Both the position numbers and the translations under genes were made by a program. A DNA stretch of 64,000 nt. It comes from Octopus sinensis. Taxonomy: Eukaryota. The stretch lies in assembly GCF_006345805.1 (NCBI RefSeq), contig NC_043018.1:24056001-24120000 (forward strand), in the 5' to 3' direction. Positions 61,821 through 64,000 of the stretch are shown here, in pieces. A model generated the notes under the pieces. The model was not told the origin of the DNA. It was given only the letters and a program-made list of their open reading frames with translations, and did no database searches. Within the stretch, counting starts at the first letter, position 1. Every line of letters starts with the position of its first letter.

Positions 61821-64000
61821 TTAATGTTAGTTTGCACTCTTTTAATGAATTAAAAGGAAAGAGAAAACAGTGGACATTGTTTTAAGATGAGTTTGAGAAA
61901 AAATGTGGGTCTTGGTCCCTATTTTGTAATTGTCTCATGCTCTTAATTTACCATCTTTTTACTCCCTAATGGTGGTTTGATTTCTTCATATGGAAATCAA
62001 TTTCGTATTAATGTCCACATTTCTATACTTGCATGGATCGGACGGAGTTTGAGGTGAGTTTATTGGTATCTCGCTTCAAGCATGTCTCCATAAAATTGGA
62101 AATCAATGATACTACTTATATAACAATACCCATTAATATTGTAATTTCAAGACAAGACACATATATGGTATATTTATATACACACACACCTCTTTCTGTT
62201 TCTGTCTACCAAATCCACTAGTGAGGCCTTGGTATCAATTTGGGTTTTTAGATGTCGGAGATATCTTCTACCTTGGTGATAAGTTATAATCCCCAATTTC
62301 TTAAATTGTGAAGTTCATTTTCAACCCCCTTGTGTGAACTGGAACCAAGCATGCTGAGCAAATTTTTAAAATCTTTTACTTGTTTCAGTCAATTGGCCCA
62401 ATTTACAGTATTTTGGACAAATCTCTAGATGGAAATAATCCACAATTACTATTTTTAACTCAGCTCTGCTTAGTTGTTTAGTAAACATTCTTTTACAGGA
62501 GTTCTTGCTAGAAATGTGAAATGTTTCTGTATTACTGATCTGAAAGCAAAGGTTCATCTTGACTGCACCTTTATAACTAGGCTAATTAGATTTGAGAAGG
62601 ATGGACATTTATTTGGAGTAGTTTTAAGACAAAGGTCTTTCGGTTTCGGAGCAAAAACCATTATTATAATCTCTGCTTCTCTTTCATTTTTAATTGCAGA
62701 CAATTTACATAAAACAGCAACTGGGAATCATTGGCTGGTTCAGTTTGATTTTGCTTTTGGTCTGAAAATTTAAACTTGTCTAACAGCACGTCTTAACCCT
62801 TTACCTATCCAAAGCATTTTCATAAGTTTGTCTTAAATTTCCATACTGGTTTTTAGATCTGTAGCTATTGGAGGTTAATTTAGTGGTGTTGGTGGGTAAT
62901 ATGTGACGTGATGCACATGAATGGTTTTTCATACAACTGACTTTTTTTAAAAAAATACATTACCCACCTCTGTTGTGTACGCACATATATGTAAGCTCTT
63001 GTTTCATATGTTGCGTATTATAAAGCTTTCTTTTCATAAGTCCCAAGTTATTCTGGTAGTTTAAAAAAATAATTGAAAATGTGAATCCTGATGCATCCAA
63101 GGAAATGAACCCTGTTTATAAACGAGCCACAAGCTAAATTTTCAAATAAATACTCTTGTGTTGTTGCAGGATCTGACATATTTCAGTTTATCTAACGTAA
63201 TGACTCCCACTTGATGCAAGGAATTTTGACTAAGCCAGTTCTGGTTTAGAGATGTCTATGAGCAGCTTTGAATTAAACTCTATTAGCCAATCAAACTACT
63301 ATGAATTGCACTCTATTAGCCAATCAAATTTAAGTGTTGTATCCTGTGTCTACTTTTTCTATTGCTGCTATAATAGGAATATGATATATTGCTATTATAA
63401 GCAGTCACAACTGTGACTGCTTAAAATGCTTACTTCCTAACCAATGTGGTCTCATTCAATCTCAGTGTGTGGCACATTGGGCAAGTGTCTTTTACAAGAG
63501 CCCTGGGCCAGGAAGTGGAAGAAGCCTGTCATGTGTTTACCTTTGACATCACATGATGGTTGTCAATGGGCGTCACTGACATCCATGTTCTGTTCTTAGT
63601 CTTCTGTGAAACATAGGGAAATATTAACTTGCTTGGGAACAGGTGAGGATTGGTAAGTGGATGAATGAACAGTCTGTTCTTCAGATATGGCTGGTTGATG
63701 CCACATCCTTTCGGGCATTCCTAACCCACTCTTGAGGCCCTCATTAATACAACATTCAGTTCTTTCCCCTTCTCCCCTAACATCAGCTTTCTGGAACATC
63801 ATCCTTATTAAGGTCTTTCTTGCAAGTGTTAGCTGGGAATGGTTTGAGAGGAATGTTAATTGCATCAATTGCACCAGTTTTGGAGGGCCTGCAGAGACCA
63901 TGGGCACTGTTCCTTCAAGACCCAACAAGTGTGTGTGTGGTGGGGAATGGATATTTGTAAATCGTCATCGATTTATTGTTTATGAAAGTCTTAAGTCTAT

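Noticed and set aside
62499-62773. Candidate KPNB1 exon 3 (ttttacag/GAG TTC TTG CTA GAA ATG)
   Set aside because: EFLLEM loosely resembles TFLVEL but stops immediately (TGA); the other frames lack the ARxAAGLQxKN and QQRW motifs, so exon 3 is probably beyond the window
1-64000. A prokaryote-style novel multi-gene system (defence island, retron, operon)
   Set aside because: The window is intron-rich animal DNA; the only supportable proteins are PRIM1, KPNB1 and dead transposon fragments

Overview
AT-rich, repeat-saturated animal genomic DNA. The SINE/MITE/microsatellite content looks like an octopus-type cephalopod genome; that assignment is pattern recognition, not a database result. Two conserved housekeeping genes can be rebuilt by hand on the + strand. 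(1) A complete 13-exon DNA primase catalytic subunit gene (PRIM1), CDS 13259-34217, 1221 nt, 406 aa, with all splice phases consistent. Its intron 7 is a minor-spliceosome (U12) AT-AC intron, and a perfect palindromic E2F site lies just upstream of the ATG. (2) The first two coding exons of importin beta-1 (KPNB1, 50387-51297), whose intron 2 runs off the window. The rest is tRNA-derived and other SINEs, CR1 and RTE LINE 3' ends, Tc1/mariner fossils (one full length), piggyBac-, Mutator- and hAT-like MITEs, Helitrons and microsatellites. Nearly all ORFs in the supplied track are repeat artefacts. I found no supportable new multi-gene system. The best leads are the U12 intron with its retention stop and an in-frame cryptic GT-AG bypass, and an orphan promoter-like island with candidate exons at 5.8-8.4 kb. 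Repeat boundaries are approximate unless a TSD or TIR is quoted.
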